From an uncultured Alphaproteobacteria bacterium (lineage in GTDB: Bacteria; Pseudomonadota; Alphaproteobacteria; Rhizobiales; Xanthobacteraceae): a DNA stretch of 64,000 nucleotides. Position 1 is the first letter of the stretch. Every line of letters begins with the position of its first letter. This document shows, in pieces, positions 63,415-64,000 of the stretch. The position numbers were made by a program, and so were the translations under genes. Location of the stretch: contig CAWJTE010000002.1 in NCBI GenBank assembly GCA_963845775.1, positions 81,808-145,807 of the forward strand, given 5' to 3'. The notes beneath the pieces are model-generated. The model was not told the DNA's origin. It did not search any database and saw nothing but the letters and a program-made list of their open reading frames with translations.

Positions 63415-64000
63415 ACGTCAATCCTGAAATTCAATCCCTTGCGGGCGAGTCACCGTTTAATGCCCGCTCGCCGTACTTTTCCGAAGAGCATGAGCTTCTG
63501 CGCACACAGGTGCGCCGCTTCGTCGAGACTGAAATCAAGCCACACGCGCTTGAGTGGGAAAAGCAAGGCTTCGTCCCGCGCGAAGTGCTGCGCCATATGG
63601 GAAGTTTGGGATTTTTTGGTATCCGCTATCCCGCCCGCTACGGCGGGTCGGAAATGGATACTTTGGCGACCGCTCTGTTCGCGGAGGAGCTGGCCGCTCG
63701 ACATTCGGCGGTGTTGCAATCACTGCGCTCGTCCATACCGATATGGCGTCGGTTCACGTCTTCAACGCCGGCAGCGCGGCGCAGAAGGACAAGTGGATGC
63801 CGCGCATCATCTCCGGCGAGACGATCACCGCCGTCGCGGTGACCGAGCCGGACGCTGGCTCGGACGTCAAAGGCATCCGCACGGTGGCGCGCTGGAAGGG
63901 CTGGCTGCGTTCTCGACGGTGCCAAGATGTTCATCACCAATGGCGTGCACGCGGATCTTTTTTGCGTGGCGGCAAAGACCGACCGTGGTGGCCAGCCCAG
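63411..64000 (+). pseudogene. Acyl-CoA dehydrogenase, 5' part (runs off the right edge), with two frame disruptions as assembled
   Basis: MNVNPEIQSL...FSEEHELLRTQVRRFVETEIKPHALEWEKQGFVPREVLRHMGSLGFFGIRYPARYGGSEMDTLATALFAEELA reads in frame 0. RSTFGGVAITALVHTDMASVHVFNAGSAAQKDKWMPRIISGETITAVAVTEPDAGSDVKGIRTVA reads in another frame, after a C is missing at about 63694. GCVLDGAKMFITNGVHADLFCVAAKTDRGGQP returns to frame 0 from about 63900. Confidence 0.85.

Noticed and set aside
1-64000. CRISPR arrays, IS elements, prophage, toxin-antitoxin pairs or known defence systems
   Set aside because: I found none when reading the ORF products and intergenic regions. There are no regularly spaced repeats, transposase or integrase motifs, or nuclease/ATPase/helicase defence-type gene pairs. 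I cannot exclude very small or novel types without searches.

Overview
The window is GC-rich chromosomal DNA that looks alphaproteobacterial, in the style of Bradyrhizobiaceae/Nitrobacteraceae. The lineage call rests on near-textbook CtrA and ChpT sequences, an EipA-like DUF1134 protein, DUF1127 and a ribBX-type gene. All family calls come from motifs read by eye, since no searches could be run. I support about 70 protein genes and two tRNAs, tRNA-Pro(CGG) and tRNA-Val(CAC). I found no IS element, integrase, prophage, CRISPR array or recognisable defence island. Most content is housekeeping or accessory metabolism: glcB, pyrC-pyrE, pdxH, fabI, aroC, ribBX, a livHMGF-type ABC transporter and various oxidoreductases. 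The central block reads chpT - cheA/W/Y/B/R - ctrA - fliI remnant - fliJ - ECF sigma/anti-sigma - flhA remnant. The che cluster and the cell-cycle genes are intact. fliI and flhA, the core of the flagellar export apparatus, are truncated and carry several lesions each, so they are genuine pseudogenes. The best candidate for an undescribed system is a translationally coupled trio at 57.8-60.7 kb: a Tat-signal NADP-Rossmann reductase, a TLC/ATP:ADP-antiporter-like transporter and a Tat-signal aldo/keto reductase. This suggests a periplasmic NAD(P)-linked redox module. Other leads are listed below.
- A pyrC-pyrE-flavoprotein-DUF971 operon.
- A triple-hairpin element sharing an ACATTCGC core.
- A 13-codon polylysine mini-ORF with its own Shine-Dalgarno sequence and terminator.
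- A GANTC cluster in the ctrA promoter.
- A tandem alpha/beta-hydrolase cluster.
Many conserved genes, including aroC, carry single-nucleotide frame disruptions. I cannot separate assembly error from real decay without reads.
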